From the NCBI GenBank assembly GCA_963806325.1, contig CAWDXL010000016.1, positions 4,043 to 68,042 on the forward strand: 64,000 nt of DNA. Direction: 5' to 3'. Each line of letters starts with the position of its first letter. Position 1 is the stretch's first letter. The DNA comes from Candidatus Parcubacteria bacterium. GTDB taxonomy: Bacteria > Patescibacteriota > Minisyncoccia > Phycocordibacterales > JAKAEA01. Made by a program: the position numbers and the translations under genes. Shown here piece after piece: positions 31,644 through 41,638 of this stretch. The notes beneath the pieces are model-generated. The model was not told where the DNA came from and did not search any database. It was given only the letters and a program-made list of their open reading frames with translations.

Positions 31644-32174
31644 TATTCGGCATTCGTAAAATACTTCCTGTACCTCATCATTTGCTTCGAGGTCTTCTAT
31701 GACTTCATTGAGCTTTTGCCCGTCTTCATCGGAAATCTCTGCTTTTGTCTGCGCTATCCAGCCTTCGTGGGTTTTTTCAAATGCCCAGGTAGCCGCGCCC
31801 ATTGCAGCGAGTGTAAATCCATGATTTGAGAGAATATGTTTTATTTCCTGTGCCGCTTTATTTCTGTTATCGGTCAATGCTTCAATGACGAGTGCACAGC
31901 CGCCAGGACCGTAGGCTTCGTAGGTAATATTTTCCATCTGCGCGGAATTGTCGGTCGTGGCTTTTTTAATGGCACGGTTGATGGTGTCATTCGGCATATT
32001 TTCTTCCTTTGCTTTTTTAATGGCTGCGGCCAAGCCGGGGGAAGTGACATTGCCCCCAGATTTCTTTGCTTCAACGGTAATATAACGGACTATTTTTCCA
32101 AATGCCTTACTTTTCTCAGCGTCTGACGAACCCTTTTGCCGCTTAATCTTTGACCATTTGTTGTGTCCTGACAT
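31644..32174 (-). CDS. yebC: YebC/PmpR-family transcriptional regulator, read as an in-frame fusion to ruvC in the sequence as given
   Basis: MSGHNKWSKIKRQKG .. NMPNDTINRAIKK .. YEAYGPGG. As written, the frame runs without a stop into the ruvC ATG (..EVFYECRIMRIIAIDPG). Removing one A from the run 31658-31661 gives ..EVFTNAE-stop, with TAATG overlap on the ruvC start. Confidence 0.8.
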
Positions 32175-32192
32175 GGTGGTATAAATTACTTC

Positions 32193-33237
32193 TTATAAAA
32201 ACCTCTCCTGCCTTTCCGGAATCTTCAACCCCAAATGCGAGTACCCTTTATCGGTCACGGCTCGGCCGCGGGATGTGCGCTCGAGCATGCCACACTGGAT
32301 GAGGTATGGCTCATTAAATTCTTCAATAGTGGCCTGCTCTTCCGAGAGGGAAGCAGCGATGGTATTGAGGCCGACCGGTCCGCCTTTATATTTTGTGATG
32401 ATAGTTTCAAGAATTGAGCGATCAGCCTGAGTTAATCCTTCCGAATCAATACCTAAAAGTGTGAGTGCTTTGCTTACGGATTCTTTTGTCAGCGATGTTT
32501 TGTGTACCTGTGCGTAGTCGCGGCAGCGTTTTAAAAAGTAATTTGCGGTGCGGGGTGTGGAGCGGCTGCGCATGGCGATTTCCTCCGCTGCACTTTGTTC
32601 GATGGTAATACTTAAAATTTTTGCCGAGCGCTTAATAATTTCTTCTATTTCTTCTTTTGTATAAAACTCAAGTTTGAAAACACCGCCGGAGAAGCGTGAA
32701 CGAAGCGGGGAAGAGATCATGGCAATGCGCGTGGTGGCGGCGATGAGCGTGAATGGCGGCAGATCGAGCTGAATGGTGCGTGCCGACGGACCTTTGCCGA
32801 TAATGATATCGAGCTTGCCAGATTCCATGGCCGGATACAGCACCTCCTCAATAGCTTTATTCAAACGATGAATTTCATCGATAAAAAGAATATCTCCAGG
32901 TGAAAGGTTGGTAAGAACGGAGGCAAGATCTCCCACTTTCTCAATAGCTGGGCCGGAAGTGACTTTTATCTGCGCATTCATCTCTTTGGCAATGAGGTGG
33001 GCGGAGAGAGTTGTTATTCCCTAAGCCTGGCGGCCCGTAAAAAAGGATGTGTTCAGGTACGGTTTTTCGCTCCTCCGCGGCGGTGAGGAGAATATGAAGG
33101 TTATCTTTTATGATTTTTTGGCCGATATAATCGTCCCAGCGGCTCGGCCGGAGTGCTGTATCGAGAAAAATTTCTTCTTCCGCAGGCGGAACCTGAGGTT
33201 CAAAACCTTGATTTTGAACGGGAGAAGGGGTTGACAT
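32193..33237 (-). CDS. ruvB: Holliday junction branch-migration ATPase RuvB, reading frame broken once
   Basis: 32941..33237 ends ..ILFYGPPGLG. 32193..32981 continues with ..MNAQIKVTSGPAIEK, DILFIDEIHRL, and the arginine finger/winged helix. Deleting the base at 33016 restores GPPGLGKTTLSAHLIAKEMNA. Confidence 0.9.
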
Positions 33238-33553
33238 TAAAATTGTTTTATGCTAGTATACAAACATCGCTCAACAGGGCATTATATGCCCCGCTGAGCT
33301 CGCTTTTTTCCGCTTTATAGTTCTCTAGGCAAACGGCCCCAAAGCTCTATAGCATTTTATCGAGGATGGTATGGTTGCCACTCCGGTGTGCGTACTGTTC
33401 CAGCACCTTAGAAAAATGTTTAACTTTTAATCCAGTATTAAAAGTATTGCCTAGAGAATTATGCAGCGGATTTTTGCTATCTGCTGCCTCTCCATACTAT
33501 GCTTTCCCTTGAAAGACACAACTCCACGAAGGGGATATTTTGTTTTGTGGTAT

Positions 33554-33596
33554 AAAAAAATTGGATATCACAATTTTCGATATCCAATTTTTTATA
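33554..33596 (-). terminator. Rho-independent terminator downstream of pilB
   Basis: Perfect 11-bp stem AATTGGATATC (33559-33569) pairing with GATATCCAATT (33579-33589). It is flanked by A7 and T6 runs, so it could work in both directions. Confidence 0.75.
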
Positions 33597-33631
33597 TTAT
33601 CCCTCCAAATCAACAACGCGCTCAAGCTCGC

Positions 33632-35275
33632 TCACCGCAGTGATTTTTTGGAGGACTTCAGGATGCCGTCCTGGCGGAGATTTAATAATCCCTGATCAGA
33701 TGCAGCTTTCCAGATTTCGCGTTCACTCGGATTATTCATGACGGCTTCTTCAATGGCTTGGCTTCGGAGTATTGCTTCGTAGAGGCCGATACGGCCGCGG
33801 TAGCCTGACATGTTGCACTTAGGACAGCCTTGAGGCTCGCAAATGGTTGTTGGAATTTCACTAATGTATTCAAGTCGATTTACTTCGGGAATAGTTGAAA
33901 GAATAAGATCAATTAATTTTTTGTTTCGTCCCTCGATTGGTACTTCTTTTCGGCAGTCGGGGCACAATTTTCGAACGAGACGCTGAGCCATTGAAACTGA
34001 GAGTGCGGACGTTAGTACTTTTGGATTGACGCCGAGATCGATGAGGCGGGGGAATGTGCCGGCGGCATTATTTGTGTGGAGGGTTGAAAATACCAAGTGG
34101 CCAGTCAAGGCAGAATTGACGGCAATTTCGGCTGTTTCATTATCGCGGATTTCACCAACCATGATAATGTCGGGATCCTGGCGGAGAGCGGCGCGCAAGC
34201 CCTCAAGAAAGGTATAGCCATTTTCGGCATTTGTCTGCGTTTGAACGATACCGTTTAAATGATATTCAATCGGATTTTCAATGGTGAGGATTTTAATTTC
34301 GGGCGTATAGACTTTTCGCAAAAACGCGTAGAGAGTTGTTGTTTTTCCCGAGCCGGTCGGCCCCGTGGTGAGAATCATTCCTTCCGGCTTGTTAACCTCG
34401 CGCTCGAGGATGGCGAGCAAACGCTTTGGAATACCCATGTCCTCGAGTGATACGGCAATCGAATTTGGATTAAGCACACGCATGACGATCGATTCATCGT
34501 AGGCGCTCGGCAAAATAGACGAGCGGATTTCAATTTCCATATTTTCCAAAATAATACTGAAGCGTCCATCTTGAGCACCTTTGGAATTAAGCTTCATTCC
34601 TGAGAGAAGCTTGATACGCGACAAAATAAGGCGGAATGTCTCATTATCAAATTGCAGAATGTCGCTCAAAACTCCGTCCAAGCGATAGCGGATACGCACG
34701 GAATTTTCTTCAGGCTCAATGTGAACATCAGAAGCTTTGAGGGCTAATGCTCCGGCAATTATGATTTCCAGAAGCCGCGAAATGCGGTAGCTTTTTTTCT
34801 GGGCGAGCGTAGTTGTGATAAGGTTTTTGACATCATTTACACCATGTACCGCGTGTAAAAATCCGGTGATCTCATCGTTTGAAATATCGAGTGCGCCGCC
34901 TTTTGTTTCAAATGAAAATGATAAGTCTTTGTAGCGTGCCCAGACCTTATTTAAGCTCTGGAGCGACGCGACATATATGGTAGGGATATATCCTTTGGCT
35001 TCAAGCGATGCGATGAGCTCTTTTGTTGCATCACTCTCGGGAGCAAGTACCGCCATTTTTATTTTCTTGGCGACAATATCAAAGACGGCAGTATTTGTTT
35101 TTCGCCCCTCTTCTTCAGAGATGACTCGCAGAGCATCGCTATTAATAGCGACTGTAGTGAGATCGATATAGCTGATGCCGAGTTTTGCCGAGATAGCCTG
35201 AGCCAAATCCTCCTCCTGCGACTTTCGAAGCTCACCGAGTTTTTTATCTTGTGCATCTTCATTAAATACAACCAT
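33632..35275 (-). CDS. pilB: GspE/PilB-family type II/IV secretion (type IV pilus assembly) ATPase
   Basis: Walker A GPTGSGKTTTLYA, Walker B IIMVGEIRD, His box TGHLVFSTLHTN, and tetracysteine CPDC...CPKC. No other pilus genes lie adjacent in this window. Confidence 0.85.
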   Translation of the reverse strand: MVVFNEDAQDKKLGELRKSQEEDLAQAISAKLGISYIDLTTVAINSDALRVISEEEGRKTNTAVFDIVAKKIKMAVLAPESDATKELIASLEAKGYIPTIYVASLQSLNKVWARYKDLSFSFETKGGALDISNDEITGFLHAVHGVNDVKNLITTTLAQKKSYRISRLLEIIIAGALALKASDVHIEPEENSVRIRYRLDGVLSDILQFDNETFRLILSRIKLLSGMKLNSKGAQDGRFSIILENMEIEIRSSILPSAYDESIVMRVLNPNSIAVSLEDMGIPKRLLAILEREVNKPEGMILTTGPTGSGKTTTLYAFLRKVYTPEIKILTIENPIEYHLNGIVQTQTNAENGYTFLEGLRAALRQDPDIIMVGEIRDNETAEIAVNSALTGHLVFSTLHTNNAAGTFPRLIDLGVNPKVLTSALSVSMAQRLVRKLCPDCRKEVPIEGRNKKLIDLILSTIPEVNRLEYISEIPTTICEPQGCPKCNMSGYRGRIGLYEAILRSQAIEEAVMNNPSEREIWKAASDQGLLNLRQDGILKSSKKSLR

Positions 35276-35417
35276 GTACTTATCATATCAAACGCTCTCC
35301 CTTTGGCCTACTGGCTTATGCACGCTGTGCTTGACTTATTGCATATAAATGTGCTATAATGTACCCAGTGCCAAAGCAGTTTTCGTTCGCTTCAACTCAT
35401 TCAGAAAAGAGGTTTTT

Positions 35418-35654
35418 ATGAAATTGCTGGTGTTGCCGATCGTGGCGTTGGTGTTCTGCGGCGGATGCAAGGTGGATGTCCCGTTTCTGTATATTGACGT
35501 TCCCGTGCCCAGGGTTTTCTTGCCCGGCGGGTACAACAATCCTCCCGAGTCGCCGGCGGTGATCTACGATGATGGTGTGGTAATCTGGTACGACCAATAC
35601 CACCATCGTCATGAAGACCGCGGCGGCCATGAGGGGCATCATTATGGAAAATAA
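35418..35654 (+). CDS. Small His-rich putative lipoprotein in a GC-rich islet
   Basis: MKLLVLPIVALVFCGGC (signal peptide plus lipobox-like Cys) ... YDQYHHRHEDRGGHEGHHYGK. The local sequence is visibly GC-richer than its flanks, which creates three overlapping spurious ORFs. Confidence 0.5.
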   Translation: MKLLVLPIVALVFCGGCKVDVPFLYIDVPVPRVFLPGGYNNPPESPAVIYDDGVVIWYDQYHHRHEDRGGHEGHHYGK

Positions 35655-35767
35655 AACTAGGGAACATTCCCGGCGCAGTTGATCATCCGATCGGCTGCGC
35701 TTTTCTCATATTTGCATGATTTATATCACAGACATTTTATTTCAGTTCTATATGTTAAAATTGCCTC

Positions 35768-36217
35768 ATGACTGAAATAAGCCGAAGCCTTGGAGATACT
35801 CAAAAAATTGCGGAAAAATTTTTGAATTCGCTGCATCCATATGCGGATAAGGCCTGTGTTGTCGGACTTTCCGGAGAATTGGGTGCCGGTAAAACTGCGT
35901 TTACTCAGGGTGTTGCTCACGCTCTGGGAATAGAAAACACTGTTACGAGTCCTACATTTGTCATAGAAAAAATATACGCGATTTCTGAAGCGGCAGTAAA
36001 AAAACACACATTCACTCATCTCATACATATAGATGCATACAGGTTAGAATCGGGAAAAGAATTAGAAAAGCTTAGCTGGCAGGATATTGTGTCCGATCCG
36101 AAAAATCTCATTCTGCTTGAGTGGCCGGAAAAAGTGGCTGATTGTCTGCCATCTGATATGCTTACGCTAATATTTACTCATATTGATGAAAAAACAAGAG
36201 AAATCAAAATTAAATAA
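35768..36217 (+). CDS. tsaE: tRNA t6A37 biosynthesis ATPase TsaE
   Basis: GLSGELGAGKTAFTQGVAHALGI ... VTSPTFVI ... HIDAYRL are canonical TsaE/YjeE motifs. Confidence 0.85.
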   Translation: MTEISRSLGDTQKIAEKFLNSLHPYADKACVVGLSGELGAGKTAFTQGVAHALGIENTVTSPTFVIEKIYAISEAAVKKHTFTHLIHIDAYRLESGKELEKLSWQDIVSDPKNLILLEWPEKVADCLPSDMLTLIFTHIDEKTREIKIK

Positions 36218-38579
36218 ACGCCTCATCCTGCTTGATGCTCACGCGATTTTGCACCGCGCCTATCATGCGCTGCCCGACTTCATGTCTTCAAAAGGCGAGC
36301 CGACGGGTGCTATCTATGGATTGGCAACGATGATACTGAAAATTATTGAAGAGCTTAAGCCACATTATGTCGTGGCCTGCTACGATTTGCCGCAGGCGAC
36401 GTATCGCCATGAAGCGTATAAAGAGTACAAGGCTGGCCGGAAGAAAGCTGATGGGGAATTGGTGTCGCAAATGATCCGTTCGCGCGATCTTTTTACTGCT
36501 TTTTCCATTCCGATGTATGACAAGCCGGGATTTGAAGCTGATGATATGCTTGGCACAATTTGTGAACAGCTGAAAAAAAATAAGGATATAGATATCATTA
36601 TTGCTTCGGGTGATATGGACACGATGCAGCTCGTCAGCGATGATAAGGTTCAGGTGTATACGCTCAAAAAAGGAATTAAGGACACTATTTTATATAATGA
36701 AGATGCGGTCAATGAGCGCTATGGTTTTGGGCCTTTGCTTCTACCGGATTTTAAGGGTCTTCGCGGCGACCCGTCGGATAATATTATCGGCATTAAAGGC
36801 ATTGGCGAGAAAACAGCCACCATTCTCATTCAGAAATTTGGAACGATTGAAGAAATGTATAAGGCGCTCAAGAAAAATAAAGCCGCATTCAAAAAAGAAT
36901 CAGGACTTACCGATAGAATTGTGGAACTCTTGGAAAACGGAGAGGAAGAAGCGCTCTTTTCAAAAATGCTCGCGACGATTCGCCGTGATGCGCCGATTGA
37001 TTTTGTGATTCCCGAAAAAGAATGGAAAGAATCGGTAGATATTAAAAAAGTCGAAGAATTTTTTAAGGAGCTTGAATTTCGAGCGCTCAGTGTGCGGGTA
37101 AAAGAGGTGATAGGTACGACGGATGCGTTTGGTATGGATATTGCTGCAGAACCCGAGAAAATAAAGGAAGTTATAGACGAGGAAAAGCTGCGGGAAACGG
37201 CTATTGGACTCTGGGTGCTTGATTCTAACATCACCAATCCTCAGCTTGAAGATATTTTGGCGTACGCCAAAACGGAAAGCTTTTCCAAAGCACGCGAAAT
37301 TATTTTGAGCGATATAGAGAAAAGAAATTTAAAAAATATTTATGCAACTATCGAGCTGCCGCTCATTCCTATTATCAGTGCAATGCATGAGCGGGGGATT
37401 AAAATTGATGCAGAATATCTCAAAACGCTGAGCGAGGAATACCATGTCGAGCTCGATAAGCTCCAGAAAAATATCTGGGCGGAGGCAGGCGAAGAATTCA
37501 ATATCAATTCGCCGAAACAGCTCGGCTCCGTACTTTTTGACAAGCTCGGCCTCAAAGCTAAAGGCATGAAAAAAACCGCCGGCGGAGCGCAATCGACGCG
37601 CGAATCAGAGCTCGATAAGCTTAAAGATTTGCATCCCATTATCCCTCATATTCTTGAACATCGCGAGCTTCAAAAACTTCTTTCGACCTATATAGATACA
37701 ATTCCAACGCTTCTCGAAGCTGACGGCAGACTGCATACCAGTTTTATTCAGACAGGCACCACGACTGGCCGCATGTCGTCGCAAAATCCCAACCTCCAAA
37801 ATATTCCTGTGAAATCGGAGCTTGGAAGAAGAATCAGAAAGGGATTTGTGGCTGAAGAAGGCTTTGAGCTTGCCGCTTTTGACTATTCGCAGATAGAATT
37901 GCGCCTCGCTTCAATTCTTTCGGATGATGAGAAACTCATGAATATCTTCAAGTCTGGTCGCGATGTTCATGCTGAAGTCGCTTCACAGGTTTTTAAAGTG
38001 GATATACAAGATGTCGATAAAGAAATGAGAAGAAAGGCTAAAGTTATCAACTTCGGCATTCTATACGGCATGGGAGTCAATGCGCTCAAGCAAAATCTCG
38101 GCAGCACGCGCGAAGAAGCTCAAAAGTTTCTCAATGATTATTTTGAAAATTTCTCGGGCCTTGCAGTATATCTCGATCGTGTAAAATCAGAAGCTGCCCG
38201 CAATGGCTATACCGAAACTCTGTTTGGCCGCCGCCGATATTTTGAGGGTATCAATTCTCATATCTCATTTATTAAAGCTGCCGCCGAACGCATGGCGATC
38301 AATGCGCCGATTCAGGGTACGCAAGCGGACATAATCAAGATTGCGATGATTGCGATTGATGCACACATAAAAAAGATACAGCAGGAAAACAATGTACACC
38401 TCCTGCTTCAGGTTCATGACGAACTTATTTATGAAATTAAAAAAGAACTTCTGCCGGAGCTTTCAAAACATATCAAAGATATCATGCAAAATGCGCTGTC
38501 TGACGACAAAACAAAAGGTGTTCCCATTATTGCCAATGAAAATATTGGCCGAAGCTGGGGTGAGATGAGCGAGGCATAA
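36183..38579 (+). CDS. polA: DNA polymerase I
   Basis: 5'-nuclease domain (LLDAHAILHRAYHA, ASGDMDTMQL, GIKGIGEKTA). Polymerase motif A DYSQIELR, motif B RRKAKVINFGILYG and motif C LLQVHDELI. The start overlaps the tsaE 3' end. Confidence 0.9.
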   Translation: MMKKQEKSKLNKRLILLDAHAILHRAYHALPDFMSSKGEPTGAIYGLATMILKIIEELKPHYVVACYDLPQATYRHEAYKEYKAGRKKADGELVSQMIRSRDLFTAFSIPMYDKPGFEADDMLGTICEQLKKNKDIDIIIASGDMDTMQLVSDDKVQVYTLKKGIKDTILYNEDAVNERYGFGPLLLPDFKGLRGDPSDNIIGIKGIGEKTATILIQKFGTIEEMYKALKKNKAAFKKESGLTDRIVELLENGEEEALFSKMLATIRRDAPIDFVIPEKEWKESVDIKKVEEFFKELEFRALSVRVKEVIGTTDAFGMDIAAEPEKIKEVIDEEKLRETAIGLWVLDSNITNPQLEDILAYAKTESFSKAREIILSDIEKRNLKNIYATIELPLIPIISAMHERGIKIDAEYLKTLSEEYHVELDKLQKNIWAEAGEEFNINSPKQLGSVLFDKLGLKAKGMKKTAGGAQSTRESELDKLKDLHPIIPHILEHRELQKLLSTYIDTIPTLLEADGRLHTSFIQTGTTTGRMSSQNPNLQNIPVKSELGRRIRKGFVAEEGFELAAFDYSQIELRLASILSDDEKLMNIFKSGRDVHAEVASQVFKVDIQDVDKEMRRKAKVINFGILYGMGVNALKQNLGSTREEAQKFLNDYFENFSGLAVYLDRVKSEAARNGYTETLFGRRRYFEGINSHISFIKAAAERMAINAPIQGTQADIIKIAMIAIDAHIKKIQQENNVHLLLQVHDELIYEIKKELLPELSKHIKDIMQNALSDDKTKGVPIIANENIGRSWGEMSEA

Positions 38580-38641
38580 AGAGGTGATATAGTTTCTGCA
38601 GAATTAGCACACCCCTGTACTCAATACTAAAGGAGAAAATC

Positions 38642-39025
38642 GTGGAAGTGGAGACAGAAAAATTTGAGCCGCGTCTCGTGTGGAGTTCGAGCTCTTCGGA
38701 GCCGGTATTCAAGGTATTTTCTCTGCATTTACCTGAGGAAAAGATGATTATTCTCAAGCGAGTGACAGAGCGTCTGCCTGCACAAGGTACTGCCGCACAG
38801 CTTGCTCATAGCGCGGCAGCATGTGCCGAAGAGATGCTTAATCATTGCCGGCCGGCATGCCTCGAAGGAATGCAGATTGTCTTTTGGGAAACATTTGTTC
38901 CAAATGACCATGCCGGCGCATGGGAATATCTTAAGCTGAAAAATGGCACATGGCGCCATTGTCGGGGAGAAATCCTTCTCGATGCGTTTGACCGCTCCGT
39001 TCTTTTTGCGGTTGTTGCGACCTGA
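38642..39025 (+). CDS. Hypothetical protein (GC-rich, GTG start)
   Basis: 127-aa ORF in a segment visibly GC-richer than its surroundings, with antisense ORFs of similar size present. No motif recognised. Confidence 0.3.
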   Translation: MEVETEKFEPRLVWSSSSSEPVFKVFSLHLPEEKMIILKRVTERLPAQGTAAQLAHSAAACAEEMLNHCRPACLEGMQIVFWETFVPNDHAGAWEYLKLKNGTWRHCRGEILLDAFDRSVLFAVVAT

Positions 39026-39085
39026 GCCGTGTCGGAGGACGCGGCTTTCTTTGTGATGCCGTCGTAGAGATCTCTCGGAGAGAGT

Positions 39086-39676
39086 TCATTTCCAATCCCA
39101 ATCACTCACAACTTTAGGTATATAATCTCCGTTTTCTTTTTTTACAATCCGATAAAACATCACTTTCATTTGTTTGCTTTCACCTCTAATGGCTATCCCA
39201 AATAAATAAGGCTTATCACCAGGGATTAGACCGGTTTTTAAATTTTCAATTGCTTGTTCTATATCGGTTATCGATGGATGCCACGGGTCTCTTCCCAATT
39301 CTTCCTTTGTGTAAGGATGGGTGTGCACTTCACCCAAAATAACCTTTTCTCTCAAGTCAGGGTTTTGAGATTTTAAGTTATCAAATAATGCGTTGACTTT
39401 TTGCATATCCACCCTAATTTCATGACCGGCTTGATCAGTGAAATAATGTTTTTATTTTCAATTTCTAATATATGGTCGAATGCTGATCCACCCCACAATC
39501 ACTTCCACTTCCCATATACCAATGATATTTGAATATTTTTCAATATGAGTTTTCATATCTTCATCAGATATATGTGGCATATGCTCAGCAACTTCTTTTC
39601 CTATCTGCATTTTAAAATTTACCTTCTCAGAGAGAAAATCAACGTTTTTTGACGGGCTTTCAAATGATTCTTTCAT
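39086..39676 (-). pseudogene. JAB/MPN-like metallopeptidase-domain protein interrupted by two in-frame stops
   Basis: ORFs 39458..39676 and 39086..39412 are in the same frame, separated by TGA (39458-39460) and TAA (39452-39454). The downstream part has ILGEVHTHPYTKEELGRDPWHPSITD, resembling the JAMM HxH...S..D motif with a longer spacer. Weak call. Confidence 0.35.
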
Positions 39677-39830
39677 ATTTTAAATTATATGGCGACAATT
39701 CGATCTGTTATCTGTAAGGAGATGTTTCATAGTCAAATTCTTGTTCATCGGGATAATGTTCTTTTCTGTATGCTTTAATAGTATCCATGATTCTCCCTAA
39801 GCCTTTCTATTTCCTCTGATTGTTCTGCTT

Positions 39831-40028
39831 TTACAGTATCTCTCTTTTTCTATCTGACCACACAGCAGCATCATACTGAACTTCTCCACAGCTATCTACA
39901 GCTCCTTGCACATTGGCTAAATAATGATCGATATCTTCAAGAGACATTGCAGACTCGCTTCGATTTTTCCATAAATTTTCAAGTTGCTCATTCGTCTTAA
40001 ACCCCTCCATATTATTTTGTGTAATCAT
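39831..40028 (-). CDS. 65-aa hypothetical protein, first of a string of tiny minus-strand ORFs
   Basis: ORF only. It is followed on the same strand by a 26-aa ORF (39708..39788, MDTIKAYRKEHYPDEQEFDYETSPYR) and the JAB-like ORFs. Confidence 0.3.
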   Translation of the reverse strand: MITQNNMEGFKTNEQLENLWKNRSESAMSLEDIDHYLANVQGAVDSCGEVQYDAAVWSDRKREIL

Positions 40029-40142
40029 ATGTTCTAAATTATCTCACAATATTTTCTTATCATCAAAAAGCCTGCCACAAAGTATCTAGTCAGTATACTC
40101 CGGATAACTTTTTAAATGCCGGAAAGCGTGTAGAATGGAGGC

Positions 40143-40881
40143 ATGATTTATCTTTTGCATGGTTCCGATACCAATAAAGCCCGCGCTAAGCTCCACGAAC
40201 TTGTGGCGGGCCTTGTTAAAAAGAAGCCTGATGCATCGCACGTGCGGATGAATGACGAGACTTTCAATACTGCACAGATTGACGAATATATTTCCAGCAG
40301 CGGGCTTTTTTCGCTCAAAACCATTGTTGAATTTGATTTTGTTTTTAGAAATAAAGAAGCGAAAGATGTTATTTTTGAAAAGATAAAACAAATTTCCGAA
40401 TCGGAAAATATTTTCGTGTTTTTGGAGGGTGAACTGACTAAGGCTGATTTCTAAGAAATTTGAAAAAAATTCTGAAAAAATTCAAGAGTTTGTCGATGTA
40501 TCTCTTGCGAAAAATGGTGGAACCGGAAAAGATAAGGGTGCTTTTAATATGTTTAGCCTGACGGACGCTCTCGGAAGGCGGGATAAGAAGCAGCTTTTTG
40601 TCCTCTATCAAAAAGCAAAGATGAATAAAAGCGCAGCCGAAGAAATTCACGGCATTCTTTTTTGGCAGATAAAAGCGATGCTTCAGGCGGCAGCGGCAAA
40701 AAATGCACAGGACTCGGGACTCAATCCGTATGTGTATCAAAAATCTTTGGCGTCTTTAAAAAACTTTTCAGAACAGGAGCTTAAGGCTATTTCATCTCGT
40801 CTCGTATCTATATATCACGAAGCCCGGCGGGGAATGGTTGATTTTGATGTCGCGCTTGAGAAATTTATACTAGAGGTATAG
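40143..40881 (+). CDS. holA: DNA polymerase III delta subunit (HolA), reading frame broken once
   Basis: MIYLLHGSDTNKARAKL.. (typical HolA start) in 40143..40454, and ..FSLTDALGRRDKKQLFVLYQK ... LFWQIKAML in 40549..40881. The connecting segment LKKFEKNSEKIQEFV.. is open in the second frame, with the junction near 40448-40453. Confidence 0.7.
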
Positions 40882-40919
40882 AGTGGTGAGAGATTTTTTG
40901 GAAAGAAGATTTTCAGGAG

Positions 40920-41246
40920 GTGATTATGAGCGCTCTTGCTATATGGGGCATTATATTTGCAATCTGGGGTAGTGCCTATGTTCGTGTGTGTATATTTGGA
41001 AAGAGCAGGCTCCCGGAAGCAAACTTTGCGAGAGGAGAAACTCTCGTATGGTGCATTGGACCAGAGCATGCCCGAAAAATATGGGGATCTCAACTTCCTG
41101 ATTTCCCCGAAGTTGCACGCGTGCGCGTTGATCGGCACGGCAATGAGTTTGTTGTGATTTATATTCAGGATGGGGAAAGAGAGATGGAATTTCTGGCTTC
41201 AAACTTCTGTTATCCTCATCAATACGCCAGCCCCCGTGCGCCATAG
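40920..41246 (+). CDS. Hypothetical protein with one N-terminal TM helix
   Basis: 108-aa ORF with a GTG start, in a relatively GC-rich segment. Its stop lies inside the terminator hairpin. No motif recognised. Confidence 0.35.
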   Translation: MIMSALAIWGIIFAIWGSAYVRVCIFGKSRLPEANFARGETLVWCIGPEHARKIWGSQLPDFPEVARVRVDRHGNEFVVIYIQDGEREMEFLASNFCYPHQYASPRAP

Positions 41247-41267
41247 TGGCACAGCGGGGGCTTTATT
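41230..41267 (+). terminator. Rho-independent terminator
   Basis: GCCCCCG (41230-41236) pairs with CGGGGGC (41255-41261). An inner GCCA/TGGC pair is present, and TTTATTAT follows. Confidence 0.6.
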
Positions 41268-41272
41268 ATATG

Positions 41273-41344
41273 TGCTCCCAGCAGGAATCGAACCTGCATC
41301 ACGAGCTTCGGAGGCCCGTACTCGATCCATTAAGCTATGAGAGC
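41273..41344 (-). tRNA. tRNA-Arg (anticodon CCG)
   Basis: Manual cloverleaf: GCTCTCA TA GCTT AATGGATC GAGT A CGGGC CTCCGAA GCTCG TGAT GCAGG TTCGATT CCTGC TGGGAGC A. 72 nt; CCA is not encoded. Confidence 0.85.
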
Positions 41345-41458
41345 ATCCTTAACCTTTGTATCTGTTTGTGTCCCAGTAACACACATTAAAACATCCTGCT
41401 AAACATTTAGTAATGTATCAACCTTATCTTGTCTACATGGATATTCAGGAATCAGTAG

Positions 41459-41638
41459 CTATGTTCCTTCCTGGTACTCAGCATCATCACGGACCGACTT
41501 CTCTGGAAAGCCTAAAATGAGAATGATAATTCCGACAATGATCAGATTCGTCATTATCATTGGATGAGGCATGTCGAGAAATGCTGATACAATAGTCCAT
41601 ATTCCTACAACACCATGTGCCCAGCGGCGCGCATGCAT
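41459..41638 (-). CDS. 59-aa small membrane protein
   Basis: MHARRWAHGVVGIWTIVSAFLDMPHPMIMTNLIIVGIIILILGFPEKSVRDDAEYQEGT has two hydrophobic helices. It is below the ORF-track length cut-off and was found by hand translation. Confidence 0.35.
   Translation of the reverse strand: MHARRWAHGVVGIWTIVSAFLDMPHPMIMTNLIIVGIIILILGFPEKSVRDDAEYQEGT

Noticed and set aside
33238-33553. The 320-bp ORF-free spacer upstream of ruvB, with a GCTCA..GGGC/GCCC..TGAGC hairpin (about 33268-33300), as a housekeeping ncRNA (SRP, 6S, RNase P).
   Set aside because: None of the signature sequences of these RNAs is present, and there is no clear promoter/terminator pair. It was left unannotated.
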